64,000 bases of DNA from Eledone cirrhosa (GCA_964016885.1 OZ024742.1:258416001-258480000); one strand, 5' to 3'; counted from the stretch's first letter, positions 1-14,078 are shown. Numbers and translations: made by a program. The notes: generated by a model not told the origin, from the sequence alone.

Positions 1-968
1 TTGAGTGAAAGAATCGGAGCACTTGTAAAGGGGGAAGATTTTAAAGTTGGGTAGAGTCATTCCTGCACAATCTGCAATGTGGCTACTTAAGAGGGTTTTT
101 CTTCTTCACGTCTTGCATTTGTCGGCGATGGATGGTCATTCTTTGGCGTAATGACACACCCATCTGTCCTATATAGTTATGTCGACAGCCACCGCATGTG
201 ATTACGTAGATCAGGTTCTCCGAGTTGCAAGTAAAGTTTTTTTTCACTGTAAAAGTTTGGCCATCTTTATACGTGAATTTTGACCTTCAATTAAGTATAG
301 GCATGTGCCACAGGTTGTTCTTCCGCATGTTGTTACCGTAAGGCTGGAGATAGGTTTGTGTATCTTTGTTCCAGTGAGAATGTGTTTTAGTGATTTGGGT
401 TGCCTTTTACTTTTAATGATCTTGTGTGTTTCTAGGATATTTTTCATTTTTCATCTTTAAATAGAATGGGAAGATTTTTGTGTAGGAGGTCGAACATTTC
501 GGTGTTTCTGGGTTGAACATAGATACATATGGTAAGGTATTGTTTGTGGTATGTGATTTGGGTTGTTGGGTTGATGATAATTTGCGTGTTTTGCATTGTC
601 TATTCCGTTATTAGTTATTAGTGGGAAGGTTCTTAAAGTTAGTGTCTTCTTTAGTTCATTTAGTATTTGTTCCCTTTTAGCTGGGTCTGACACTGTGGTG
701 CCTATACGTTTGGCTAAATTAAAAGGAATCTTAAGTTTTCTATGTTTTGGTTGATTTTATGTGAAGATGAGGTACTGTTTGGAGTCCATGAGTTTATAAA
801 GGATGTCATTTCTATTTTCCCATCTGTTTTTAAGATCAGGATAGCCACGAAGTCTAATTCCTTGCAGTTGGATTCCATTGTGAATTGTATGTTATTGTTA
901 ATGTTGTTTATCATACTTTTGAAGAGGGTGTCTTCTTGCCATCCCCATTTGAACTCTTGACCAGTCAA
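1..968 (-). mobile_element. Penelope-like element (Neptune-type) remnant: RT C-terminus, Cys-rich linker and GIY-YIG endonuclease, frameshifted
   Basis: The minus strand translates to NNNIQFTMESNCKELDF (PLE RT thumb), KRQPKSLKHIL...CGRTTCGTC (Cys linker) and, near 130-220, NLIYVITCGGCRHNYIGQMGVSLRQRMTIHRRQ (GIY-YIG). Confidence 0.88.
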
Positions 969-1401
969 TTAACACAATAATATATACACACACATATTTA
1001 CAGAATATTTCTTTTGCCCCCCAAAAACATAACTACCAACACTGCTGCTACTATCATGACTGCACACCTATCTTTATATACACAAGAACTCATTCTCCAG
1101 TCCTCTTCTGAGCAAGGAAGATGGGAAAAGAAATTACTCCAACACTTAATTTTAAATCTTATCTTGTTAGTTTTTAATTCTTATTAATTCTTTGTAATTG
1201 TAATACTCAACATTTGATAAGAAACCGGTAATAATGTATATACTTTATATACATTATAAAACTCTTTTTAAAAAGAATTGTCCCTCTCATTTTTTAATAA
1301 TTTCATCTTTTCAATAATGACACTTTGACGAATCAAAGAAAGGAAAAAAATAAGAAAAACAGACCCTAATATGTATTTTCCGTCGTGCTATTTCCAACTT
1401 C

Positions 1402-1424
1402 ACCCCCCCCCCCCTCTCTCTCTT

Positions 1425-1504
<80 letters not shown>

Positions 1505-1526
1505 CCCCCTCTCTCTCTCTCTCTCT
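1402..1526. repeat. (CT)n microsatellite with poly-C runs
   Basis: Read directly from the sequence. Confidence 0.97.
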
Positions 1527-1663
1527 TAATATAATATATATATATTTAGGTAAGGAAAAAGACTCACACAAAAGGATTATGTTCATAGGTCACCGTGCTT
1601 TCTATAAGTCTTAATTAGGGGTTAAGGCAGTCAACGGTCTTGTATATATATATATAAATATAT

Positions 1664-2030
1664 ATCACAGCTCCGAAAATATATATCGATGTAAGATAAG
1701 AATGTCCAAGGAAAGAATCGATGAAGAGAAGAAGGCCATTAGCAGTATGGTGAAATAAAATATATGAAATCGGGTTGGGGATCCCGTCGTATGAATTGGT
1801 GAACGTCGCCTCTAATAAAACATTTTGGAAGAAATTTCGTATAACGCTGCCCCCAAAAATGTCTTCCAAAATGTTTTATTAGAGGCGACGCTCACCAATT
1901 CATACGACGGGACCCCCAACCCTAGTTCATATATTTTATTGCACCATCCTGCTAATGGCCTTCTTCTCTTCATCGATTCTTTCCTTAGACATTCTTATCT
2001 TACATCTATATATATTTTCGGAGCTGTGAT
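1664..2030. repeat. Long inverted repeat with about 170-bp arms and about 20-bp spacer
   Basis: atcacagctccgaaaata...cattttggaaga is mirrored by tcttccaaaatg...tattttcggagctgtgat, with scattered mismatches. The left arm abuts (TA)n. Confidence 0.93.
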
Positions 2031-2039
2031 CTTCTATTC

Positions 2040-3450
2040 GTAAAAACCTCTGAGGAGTGAGTCCTTGACCGTCCAACTATGCACCCAATCAAATAATATT
2101 ACTCCAAATCCCTTCTGGCGAAGCCTGTATCGGCTGCTCCTATTTCGGATGGCATTCTCTGTGTAATTATACAAGATTCACAACCGTAGTTAATATTGGC
2201 ACGGACATTGAATTGAAAACAGTATGTTTGGCTTTTTCACCTATCTTCTACTGAAGACGGAATGCTGAAGCTGTAGCTTTTTTGGACCAACCTCTTGCAT
2301 CCCATCACTCGTGAATACGGCTTCAAGATAATTGAACTCCTCCAGCTTCATAATGGAAGTACATTCCTTTGTACAGTGCACTACCAAAGCTTCCTTGAGT
2401 GGATGTGCGTGTCAGTCTTTGTCGCATTGATTTTAATCCCTGTCGCACAACATCCGACAGCAAACATTTCTAGTGCATGTCGGAGATCACCTGAGAGTTA
2501 CGTGGTACAATGATATGTGCAAACTTTAGCTGACTAATCTTACACACCGGTCTTCGTATCACTTCCAACACACCAGCGCATGACACCTCTGTTCATGAAG
2601 ATTATGTACGGGAATATTTAGTCGAAACTGTTGCGTCCGGGATGAAAACGACACTGTACCTCAGCTAGTTTTGACTCGACAATATCTCTGAATGTCTAAA
2701 TCAATTAGCACAAGCTATATCGAAGTGTCTTAACAAGGTATGCCCTTTTCTGAAAATTGGGATTATCACAACTGATTGCCATTGTTTTCAGTGATCCAGA
2801 TCACCCGGATCACACGAATCAGCCAACAAATAGCAGCCCGGGTCGAATTTCATCCATCGCAGAGGTCTTGCCACATCTTGCCACGTCTTACCCTAGTGAT
2901 CTCGGCTTCAGAGCCGAGTGGTTTGTCTTCGAACAAGGATGCACCATATATACATTATTTATTATTGTGTCCGTATTTAGGAAATTGCCTAATGTTTTCT
3001 TCAACTTCCGAGTATGTATTTCCGTTCACTGTGAATAATCTGAGATAAGTTGCTCATAGCAGGCATGGAGGGAAACATTATTCAAGGAAGTCATCTGATA
3101 GACTGCTAGAATACTTAAAACGTCGATTTCAGGCTTGTCCCCAAACATTTCTCATGTCTTAAACTTGCATGTCATTAACGATTCTCTCTCCGACTTTCCA
3201 CGCCTGCTTGTACCGCAAGTGCAAGAAAAACCTATTTCCAAGTACCTGAACTCAACATTGAATTTATTGAGTGCTATCTTCGTCTTTGAGTATGTATTCC
3301 ACTATTGCCAAAATTATGTTGTCATTATTGTTACGTAGACCAATACTCGACAATTAGAACTCATTAGCTTTGAAATGTGGTGGAGCATTTTACTTGAATT
3401 AATTTCATGGCTTAAGGAGCACATCAGTTGACACCGAATTAGACCTCCAA
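2040..3450 (-). mobile_element. Heavily decayed RTE-clade LINE reverse transcriptase relic
   Basis: Minus-strand fragments GKTSAMDEIRPG, DLRHALEMFAVGCCATGIKINATKT, EEFNYLEAVFTSDG and YGCES...SEIGAADTGFARR occur in the motif order of an RTE/Expander RT. The upstream boundary is uncertain. Confidence 0.7.
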
Positions 3451-5022
3451 TCAGTACAATGCCATTAAAAATGGATTACCATACCACGCCTCAACAGGTG
3501 CGTACTTTTCTAGGTACACATGAAGATATATATGATTATTTGTACAAGGAAATGTATATGTATGTTGTCATATATCTATTGCGTATTCGAAAAAAAAAAG
3601 TAGTTCTCATAGTGAATTGCTTCAACGAGTGTGGTGAGAGGGAAAAATAACATATCCATCATACACAATATTGTGCTGCAGCCTGACATTTCAACGAGTC
3701 ATCTGACTGAGTACCTATTTTAAACGCTTGCAACACACTGGGTATTAGTAAAGGTACCAACGGAAACAGAAATTGTATGTAGATATAAGTTGTATGCATA
3801 ATTTAGTTGAAAATATATCTTGCAACATTTGTTTAGAAAATATGATTTCCGGATTGTTAAAAAGAGCAACATTTCTTTCTTCCGTAGTGTAGGACAGAAG
3901 AAGCTTCAAATATCGTAGTATCAACATCAACCACATAAGATTTTATTGGGCTGTATCCAGCATCATAAAAAGGAAATAAAATAAAATGTATCGTTTTGTA
4001 TTTCCAGTAGCAAAAACATCTAGAAACAAAAGGAGTATGCAATGCCTTAGATTTTATTTGAGAGTTGAAATCATAATCAATTACATTTCGGTCATATTCA
4101 ATCGCAAATAATCTCAATTTAATTATTCCTTTTCTTCATTGAGACTCCTATCTTAAACTAAAAATCAAAATAGACTTCAAATTATTTTGTCCTTTTAAAA
4201 ATGAAGTTAATAAATTACTTACAATTGAAATCTATCGGAGTGGAACATAGAAATGGAGCGAAATGCAGATTTTTTTTTTTTTTTGTAACTATTTTATCTC
4301 ATTTTCAATTTCCTGAGAACAAATGACCTTACGTTTATTCGATAATTATTTTTTATGAAAACATTTCATAGAATATATACTGTAGGAAATCAATGAAAAG
4401 GGAAGAATAGTGAAATCTCTTTAATTCAATGTATATCGTAAATAATTTGTTCATACTTTATAAATGAAAAAAAAAAAATTAATTCTATTTTACGTTCATG
4501 ATAGGTGTCGCACTGACAAATATAATACCTTCAAACAGGCTTTTGTGCGATTACATACAAATGTAATTTGAATAAATATGATGTGAAAATGTCAAATGAA
4601 TATATTGTCGTCAGAAAGTAAGGCTTCATTTAATTCCCACCGTTGCAAAAGCTTCAGCGACTATATGATGGTACATTCACAATACTTTTAAATGAAACTA
4701 CTATTACTGAGATAGATCGTCAGTGGATCATTTGTATAAGGAAATAACTCGAAAAGAAAAGCAACATAACCAAGTATATATCCGCTAGCAATAGATCTAT
4801 ACACGTGGTGTTCTTTACATCTCAGCTGGCTGGAAGAAATATCGATGCCAATGATTACAATATAAACATAGCATTTAATCTATTCTCTCAGTGTTAATTT
4901 ATACGTGAACACATCCCCACACACACACACAGACTCTCACACATAAATATATATATATACATACAATTTTACTCAATTACCTGTTCCGACCATCCGGCGG
5001 GGCCATGCAAGCGCACCACCCT

Positions 5023-5078
<56 letters not shown>

Positions 5079-5106
5079 GGAAAAAATGAAACGAAATTTC
5101 ATTTCT

Positions 5107-7286
<2,180 letters not shown>

Positions 7287-7892
7287 CTGATGTTGTCTGT
7301 GTGTCCTCATTTGTGCAGTCTATACAAGTACACATTTCTACTCCGATTAACTTGCATTTATATATTCCTTGCGGTCTAAAGATAGTAACTACAGCTTTTA
7401 TTTTTCAATTTTCTGTTGTTAAAGGGGTGTTATCAATCTCCGTCGAGCCCTTATAATATCTATCTGTATGTCTGACTGTCTGCATAACGACATACTGACG
7501 AACACGTCATCGATACACACACACATTCACACACACACACACACATGTATATATACATCTAAAGGGAGAAAGGGAGATGTAGAGAGGGTGAGTGAGATAC
7601 GCCGTAATACAGAGATATGTACAAGATATTCAGATAGAGAGAGAGAGAGAGATAATGGCGACGAACGCTGGTTCACACACACACACAAACATATATATAT
7701 ATATATATATATATAAAGACAGAGAGAGAGAGATCTGCGCGTTCTTTATTGTTCTCCATTCTGTAGAGGAAGAGAGAGAGAGAGAAGGGGTATGAGTGAG
7801 AGAGAGAGAGAGAGCGAGAGAAAGAGAGAGAGAGTATGAGAGAAAAGGGAGAGAGGGGTTCGAAAAGGAAGAAAGACCCCGTTAATGTTGGA

Positions 7893-9830
7893 AGAAGCGA
7901 TTCTTTGCTTAAAGTTTAATCCGTTCTTATAACAAATATACATATATACATACACGCATCCATAAACGTACATACACAAGCATACGCGAAAACACTCGCC
8001 ATGGGTATGCAAATACAAGCAAGTACACAAAAAAAACACGCACGCACATACAGAACCCATGCAACGCCTGTACCCGCACACATACGAACGTATACACCAA
8101 ATCTGTTATTTTAATAAATACTAGCAGAGGTACTCGGCGCTGGTCGGGTATTAAATAGGAGTTATGTATACCATTTATGTAAATACTTCTGTGCTGCTTC
8201 GAAAACTATATTTTTACAAAATCATCGGGTTTTTCCAAAAGGGGGTTCCTTCCCCCAGGGGTCCTCTACTCAATATAGGCCAATTATGAGGGTTCACATT
8301 CATCTGTAGAACAAACGTAGCCCATGTGTCAAGTTTTGCGAAAATCGGTTGCGAACTCCAGAAGTTATGACGTTTTGTTGCATTGCACTGCTTCCAAGAA
8401 AGCGGTTAAAGTGGGTTATCTGCAGGGAGGCCCTATAATCAATATATGGAAAAATGAAAGTGTCCATGACCATCCGGAGTACATAAGTAACCTATGTCTT
8501 AAGTTTGGTGAAAATGTTGTAGAAATGCATAAGGTTTACACACACACACACACACGCATTTGTGTGTGTGTTTGCGTGATTGTATGTATTTGTGTGTGCG
8601 TATGTATATGTGCGTGTATGTCAGCGCCGCATACATATGTACTGGCCTAAATCTTCACTATTTACTTTTACTATTTTAATAACCTCTGTCATTTTCGTTT
8701 ACAATTTTATTTACATCATTCTTAAACTCCGGGGCTGGAAATCATTCGGTTATTTTAAATAGAACATTAATCTAACGACTCCATTTATACCATAAACTTG
8801 GTCTTGTCTTTGCATGAAGTTGTTCTTCTTGTCCACATAACGACGTATTATCCTCGCTTGTTTTCCGTTCAATTCCAGGGAACGTCTTCACGAACCAAAA
8901 TATCGTCTTCCTGTTTTCCTACGGTTGCAATGTTTCTCGAAATATTTATCTCTGCGTTCACAGATTGAATTTTTTTAGTTTCAGAAGACCCCGTTGATGT
9001 TGAAAGCAGCGATTCTTTGCTTAAACATTAATCTGTTCTTATAACAAATATATATATATATATACAAATACACGCACGTACACAAAAAAAAACCCTGCAC
9101 GCACATACATATATATATATAGGTATGTGCGTGCGGGTAGTTTTTTTTTGTGTACGTGCGTGTATTTTTATACCTATGGCGAGTGTTTTCGCGTATGCTT
9201 GTGTATGTAGGTATATGGATGCGTGTATGTATTTATTTAATTTTAATTACCTCTGTATTTTATTTACTTTATTCTTAACTCTGAAGCCGAGAATCATTCG
9301 GTTTCCTAGTTAGAATTTTAGTCTACGACTTCAGTTATACCATTTACGTGGTTTTGTCTTTGCGAGCAATTGTTCACCCCGCTCCACATATGACATATTA
9401 TCTTCGTTTTTCCGTTCATTGCTAGAGAACATCTCTATGAACCACCTAATAGAATATTAGTCTACGACTTCTTTTATACCATAAACGTGGTTTTGTCTTT
9501 GCGTGTAATTGTTTTTCACTGCTCCAAATAATGAAGTATTATATTCGTTTTTTCCCGTTCTTTGCCAGGAAACGTTTCCAGGAACCAAAGTATCGTCTTA
9601 CTGTCTTCCTCCGGTTGCAACGTTTTTTGAAATATTCACTTCTGCGTTCACAGATTGGCTTTGTTAGTTTCAGAAGATCCGGTTAAGGGTGAAAGCAGCG
9701 ATTCTTTGCTTAAATTTTAATCTGTTATTTTAATTAATATTTGCTCTACGGTTCTTATATATTTGATATATATTTATCCTTATTGAGCCCTCTTTGGATT
9801 ATAGTCTTCAAATTTATTATTATTACTATA
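7893..9830. repeat. Locally duplicated and inverted dispersed repeat family (units near 7893-8050, 8720-9110, 9123-9232 inverted, 9240-9830)
   Basis: Recurring blocks gaaagcagcgattctttgcttaaa and tagtctacgact...tataccat...gtggttttgtctttgc. Another copy lies at 57515-57700. Confidence 0.8.
8119..8545 (+). mobile_element. Helentron/HINE-like non-autonomous Helitron relic
   Basis: Begins tactagcagaggtactcggcgctggtcggg and contains aagttttgcgaaaatcgg and aagtttggtgaaaat motifs. It ends in (CA)n, as is typical of HINE/DINE-like elements. Confidence 0.5.
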
Positions 9831-9859
9831 TATATATATTATTGAATAAAATGACAGGA

Positions 9860-11200
9860 GGCTGGACTGGTGAAATTCCTTCAAAGATTTTTTACAAACA
9901 ATATGCACATTCAATGACCAGGTTCCGTATAAAGGTTATATAATGAAGGAATAATGGTAAACACAATCCAAGAGGCTGTTTAAGGCCCGAAGACGGTCAG
10001 GGCAAGCTGTTGCCAGTCTGAATGACCGCTTTCATGTGAAGAATCAACTTAATTTGGTCTTGTCGGTTTGGTCAGGGTCTGTATGATTATAGTGCATATT
10101 ACTACTACCACGCTGCCACCCACTGTCATATGGACACATGCTAGTGGTAAAGGAGATACGGTTACATAGAAAAAAATGTTCGTTGGCGTTAGTTAAAAGT
10201 ACTAAATAATATAGTGGACGGATGTACAGTCAGAACTAGAATTCAAAAGGTTTTAAGGTAGAGTTTAACATTACGATTAAAGATTAGAAATATAAAATAG
10301 GTTTAGAATTGAAAGATTTATGTGAAAGTTGAATATATCTTTGATAGTCATAATAACGTTTTAAGGTAGAATTTAAAGTTAAGATTAAAGATTAAAAATG
10401 TAAAATTTAAGTTTTAAATTTAAGTTTTAAATTTGGCGGACAATATCCAGTGCAGCAACGGATTCCCGGTCCACCCAGGCCCCAAGGGCGTACCAACCGT
10501 TCCGAGTATTTTCGTCACCGAAAGAAAGGGAAGTTTATTTTTCCAAGCACTCCAGGATGGTGGACAGACTCAGGCACTGCGAGTGCAAGCAGGAAGGCAG
10601 TCACACCCAGCGGGTCATCCAACGTATACCACACGATTATTAGTTATTCATATCAGTTGTGTGAAGCTTAAAAGTACTAAAATTTAATGAAATACGCAAA
10701 GAAACTATACTCAATCTCAAGCTAACCTGGGTTACATGTGTGGTCCAGATTTGAATTCATATGGGATATAATCCCACCTCACGCCATAATAAATATACCA
10801 CAACGTACTAATATCTCTAGGTAATCATTACAATGTGGGAACTAAATCGTATGTTACACTTTGAGTGAGTCCTGAGTGTGTAGAAGAAGTAATTAAAAAT
10901 AAATAGATATACAAATTATAGAAAGTAATATTCTAGTGTCGTGAAATAGGTTTAGGTAGCAGTTGAGAAAAAGGATGAGTACATAAAGAAAAGAAAATTA
11001 AGTCATACACAGAGTGGCAATCATGGGAGTAAGAATGGAAGTAAATAAGAATATATCGAAGAAATAAAAATACAAAACAAGGTGTAACAAACAAACAATA
11101 AACAATAGATAATACCGTTGAAAAATATATGGTTAAAAATATAGAACATAGAAGTGTAGACGTGGTATCAGGTGATATGCAGTGTTGGTCTGAGTATTAA
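9860..11200 (-). mobile_element. Non-autonomous PLE-like element, copy 2 of the 5.5-7.2 kb family
   Basis: Shares gctggactggtg..attcctt, tcaatgacc.ggtt, the GC-rich module and the atcaggtgata end with copy 1. Confidence 0.55.
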
Positions 11201-11206
11201 GCATTT

Positions 11207-11615
11207 ATGTAAATACCTAAAATCTATGAAATATAGAATATAGAATTCAGTCAACACAATACAGTGTATAGTAGAATATGTGGATTGTTCAAAGAATTTG
11301 TGAAGTCTGACAGAGTTTAAATGTTCCAGATAGTGAAGTAGCAAGGTTTGGTCCGGGTAGAGACGTAGACATAATTTACTGCTGCCAACATCAGAATGGG
11401 GTGCAGTTAGTCCCATGTAGGTAATAGATGCATGCTGGTGCCAGGGCCCCTGTTCCCTATTACATCACAACGCGCTCAACAGTACAAGGAGCATTATTCA
11501 TTCAAAATCCGTCAGACTTCGCAAATTCTTTGAACAATCCACATATTCTACTATACCCTGTATTCTACAGACCGAATTCTATATTCTATATTTCATAGTT
11601 TTTAGGTATTTACAT
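11207..11615. repeat. Inverted repeat, arms 11207-11311 / 11511-11615
   Basis: atgtaaatacctaaaa...gaagtctgac mirrors gtcagacttc...ttttaggtatttacat. Confidence 0.9.
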
Positions 11616-12043
11616 CGGCAAAGGAGAAAATGTAACCATCTATGATTAAAGACTAGAAGCAAATGAGGGAATAACGGTGTAAGAGCACACATGTAGTTTA
11701 AAAACACGTCGCTCTCCTGTCAAGCCTGTCGCGTAAAAAGTGTTATCGACAGCTAGAAATAACAACCGAGTCGTTTCAACATAATAAGCTATACTAATAT
11801 ACATAGGAGCCGTACATATTATCAAAATTAGATTAAGTATGTCATGTCTGAGAATATCAGAATCATGCGCCATACCACCTGTGGGATATGCTCTAAGATT
11901 CCAAGTAGTTAATCCGAGCATCGCCACTGGCATGACGGCGGAGCGATATGTTTTTTTAAACTACACGTGTTCTTACACCGTTATTCCCTTATTTGCTTCT
12001 AGTGTGTAATCAGAGATGGTTAATATCTTCTCCTCTGCCGATG
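11613..12043. repeat. Inverted repeat, arms about 11613-11727 / 11928-12043
   Basis: catcggca...ctagaagcaaat.agggaataacggtgtaaga mirrors tcttacaccgttattccct.atttgcttctag...tgccgatg. Confidence 0.88.
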
Positions 12044-12286
12044 ATCCAAGATATGACATCTATGATTCACTGATAAATGGTGAAATATATTTCTTCAATG
12101 GAATATATACAAAGGAGATTAATCTTTATTGAAGGTATCTATATTATTGGTTCTTGTTCATTTTTAATATGTTACCTCCGTAATTATGTATGTTTACACT
12201 CTTCACAAATTATCCTCTGTGATTATTTGATGTTTATTTTATATACATACGTCATCTTACTTTTAATTTAATTTAATAATTATATT

Positions 12287-12333
<47 letters not shown>

Positions 12334-12338
<5 letters not shown>

Positions 12339-12455
12339 AACGAGTAGGACCCCGACGGCTGAGCTCAAGCCGTTTCGACGGCTAATTCTGGACTGATCCA
12401 GAATTAGCCGTCGAAACGGCTTGAGCTCAGCCGTCGGGGTCCTACTCGTTCCTAT
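12334..12455. repeat. Perfect palindrome (59-bp arms, 4-nt spacer) built from the 3' half of a hammerhead ribozyme
   Basis: Each arm carries GAAA-CGGCT-tgagctc-AGCCG-TC (stem III plus GUC site; 12413-12435 on +). Confidence 0.85.
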
Positions 12456-12616
12456 TACCCACTCTACTACCCTAAGTATTGAGTACTTTGGTGCGTTATG
12501 GTCCACCTGGTTCCTTACCACATTTCCTCCGTTATATATATATATATATAACTATAATAATAATTATATTTATAAAATGTAGAGAAGGAGCACATGAGTT
12601 GGAATATATATATATA

Positions 12617-13002
12617 TGAAAATAGGGAGAAAAAGACGATTATTAGGAAGTAAAACTTTTTTTTTTTACTTTTATTTTTTCTCTTTTTTCTGGTTTAGAA
12701 AATGTATAAAACAAAAATATTTTACTTTGTGTGAAGTGTTAAGGTATTAGTTAATGTATTTATTAATTAACAATGGCATTTATTTATTTATTTATTTATA
12801 TATTTAGACAATGTTGATAATTAATAAATATATAAATAAATAAATAAATAAATGCCATAATTAATTAATAAATAAATTAACTAATACCTTAACACAAAGT
12901 AAAATATTTTGTTTTAAATATTTTCTAACCCAGAAAAATGAGAAAAAAATAAAAGGAAAAAAATATTTTTTTTCTTCCTAATAATCGTCTTTTTCTCCCT
13001 AT

Positions 13003-13007
<5 letters not shown>
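12617..13007. repeat. AT-rich inverted repeat, arms 12617-12806 / 12825-13007
   Basis: tgaaaatagggagaaaaagacgattattaggaag mirrors cttcctaataatcgtctttttctccctattttca. It is flanked by (TA)n and (CA)n. Confidence 0.92.
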
Positions 13008-13050
<43 letters not shown>

Positions 13051-13139
13051 TTAGGAACGATCGACTTTCGTCAAATCGGACCGAGGGAACAATGTTTCCG
13101 TTGGTCTTTCCAATTGCTAATACTATCTATCGGTCGCAA

Positions 13140-13262
13140 CTCCAGGTAGAAGGAGCAACGTGAAATAAAGTGTCTTGCTCAAGGACCTAACGCATCGCCT
13201 GGTCCAGGAATCGAACTCACAACCTTACGATTGCGAATCCAATTGTCTAACCACTCAGCCAT
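13140..13262 (-). mobile_element. tRNA-derived SINE with CORE-like block
   Basis: Minus strand has A box TGGCTGAGTGG, B box GTTCGATTCC, then gtccttgagcaagacactt. Confidence 0.82.
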
Positions 13263-13317
13263 ATATATATATATATTATATACAAATTAAACGAAGAAGC
13301 CTTTAATTCATCAAAAC

Positions 13318-13371
13318 TCTTTATTTGCTGACAATGTTTCGTTCCATTGAAACATTGTCAGCAAATAAAGA
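13318..13371. repeat. Short palindrome (23-bp arms, 8-nt spacer) made of an HHR 3' half
   Basis: tctttatttgctgacaatgtttc gttccatt GAAAcattgTCagcaaataaaga. Confidence 0.8.
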
Positions 13372-13504
13372 TTTGTTCATTTTTTATATAATTTTTCGGC
13401 TCTGTTGGATAACATTGAGCTATATCTTATACTGTCATTTCTCTAATACGACGAGTGTGTTTAACTCTAATGCACTCAAGTATTTTTATATTATATATAT
13501 ATAC

Positions 13505-13785
13505 GTAGGTCCCGGGTTGAGTCGGGGATAACCACAGTAAGTAAGGTACTCAATACATGGCAGAGTAAAATTTTTATATTTTATAGAAGGAGCTTCTACA
13601 GGACTAGTACTGTTTCATTCGGCCTGTGGCATGAAGTGGCCTGTGTACCTAAATACCATCCCCCCCCCTTCCACCACCCCTCCCTTACCACTACCTAAAT
13701 GTATAAATACCAGAACTTAATATGACACCCAGCTTCCTGAAGATTTCATCTGAATGAAACAGTACTAGTCCTGTAGAAGCTCCTT

Positions 13786-13791
<6 letters not shown>
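13505..13791. mobile_element. Short PLE-type insertion with a partial inverted pLTR (arms 13581-13620 / 13752-13791) between (TA)n runs
   Basis: A perfect 40-bp inverted repeat. The left arm continues into an extra tail of about 75 bp, while the right arm ends at (TA)n. Confidence 0.75.
13731..13781 (+). ncRNA. Type I hammerhead ribozyme
   Basis: agcttc CTGAAGA tttcatctgaat GAAA CAG tactagtc CTG TA gaagct: 6-bp stem I, stem III ACAG/CTGT, GUA site and a weak stem II. Confidence 0.8.
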
Positions 13792-13850
<59 letters not shown>

Positions 13851-13858
<8 letters not shown>

Positions 13859-14078
13859 TTAGAAATTATAAGCTTTCACCGTATTTTAGACTAAAGACAT
13901 TTCTAGCCTGATAGTGGGTTTTATAACCCTCGGAGAAATGGAAAAAGATGAGTGTTGCCGTACATGTACGGCAACACTCATCTTTTTCCATTTCTCCGAG
14001 GGTTATAAAGCCCACTATCAGGCTAGAAATGTCTTTAGTCTAAAATACGGTGAAAGCTTATAATTTCTAATTTCTAAT
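13851..14078. repeat. Spacerless palindrome with 114-bp arms and one mismatch, adjoining (TA)n
   Basis: Centre gttgccgtaca|tgtacggcaac at 13964/13965. Confidence 0.95.

Noticed and set aside
1311-1586. RE-repeat ORF, and the Thr/Asn-rich ORFs at 14811 and 15770
   Set aside because: These are translations of (CT)n, (ACT)n and (AAT/AAC)n repeats.
13140-13262. tRNA genes at A/B-box sites (also 35700-35780 and 55975-56054)
   Set aside because: There is no full cloverleaf, and each is followed by a SINE body.
13985-14060. Canonical hammerhead in the 228-bp palindrome
   Set aside because: It has no CUGANGA box and stems I and III cannot be formed convincingly.
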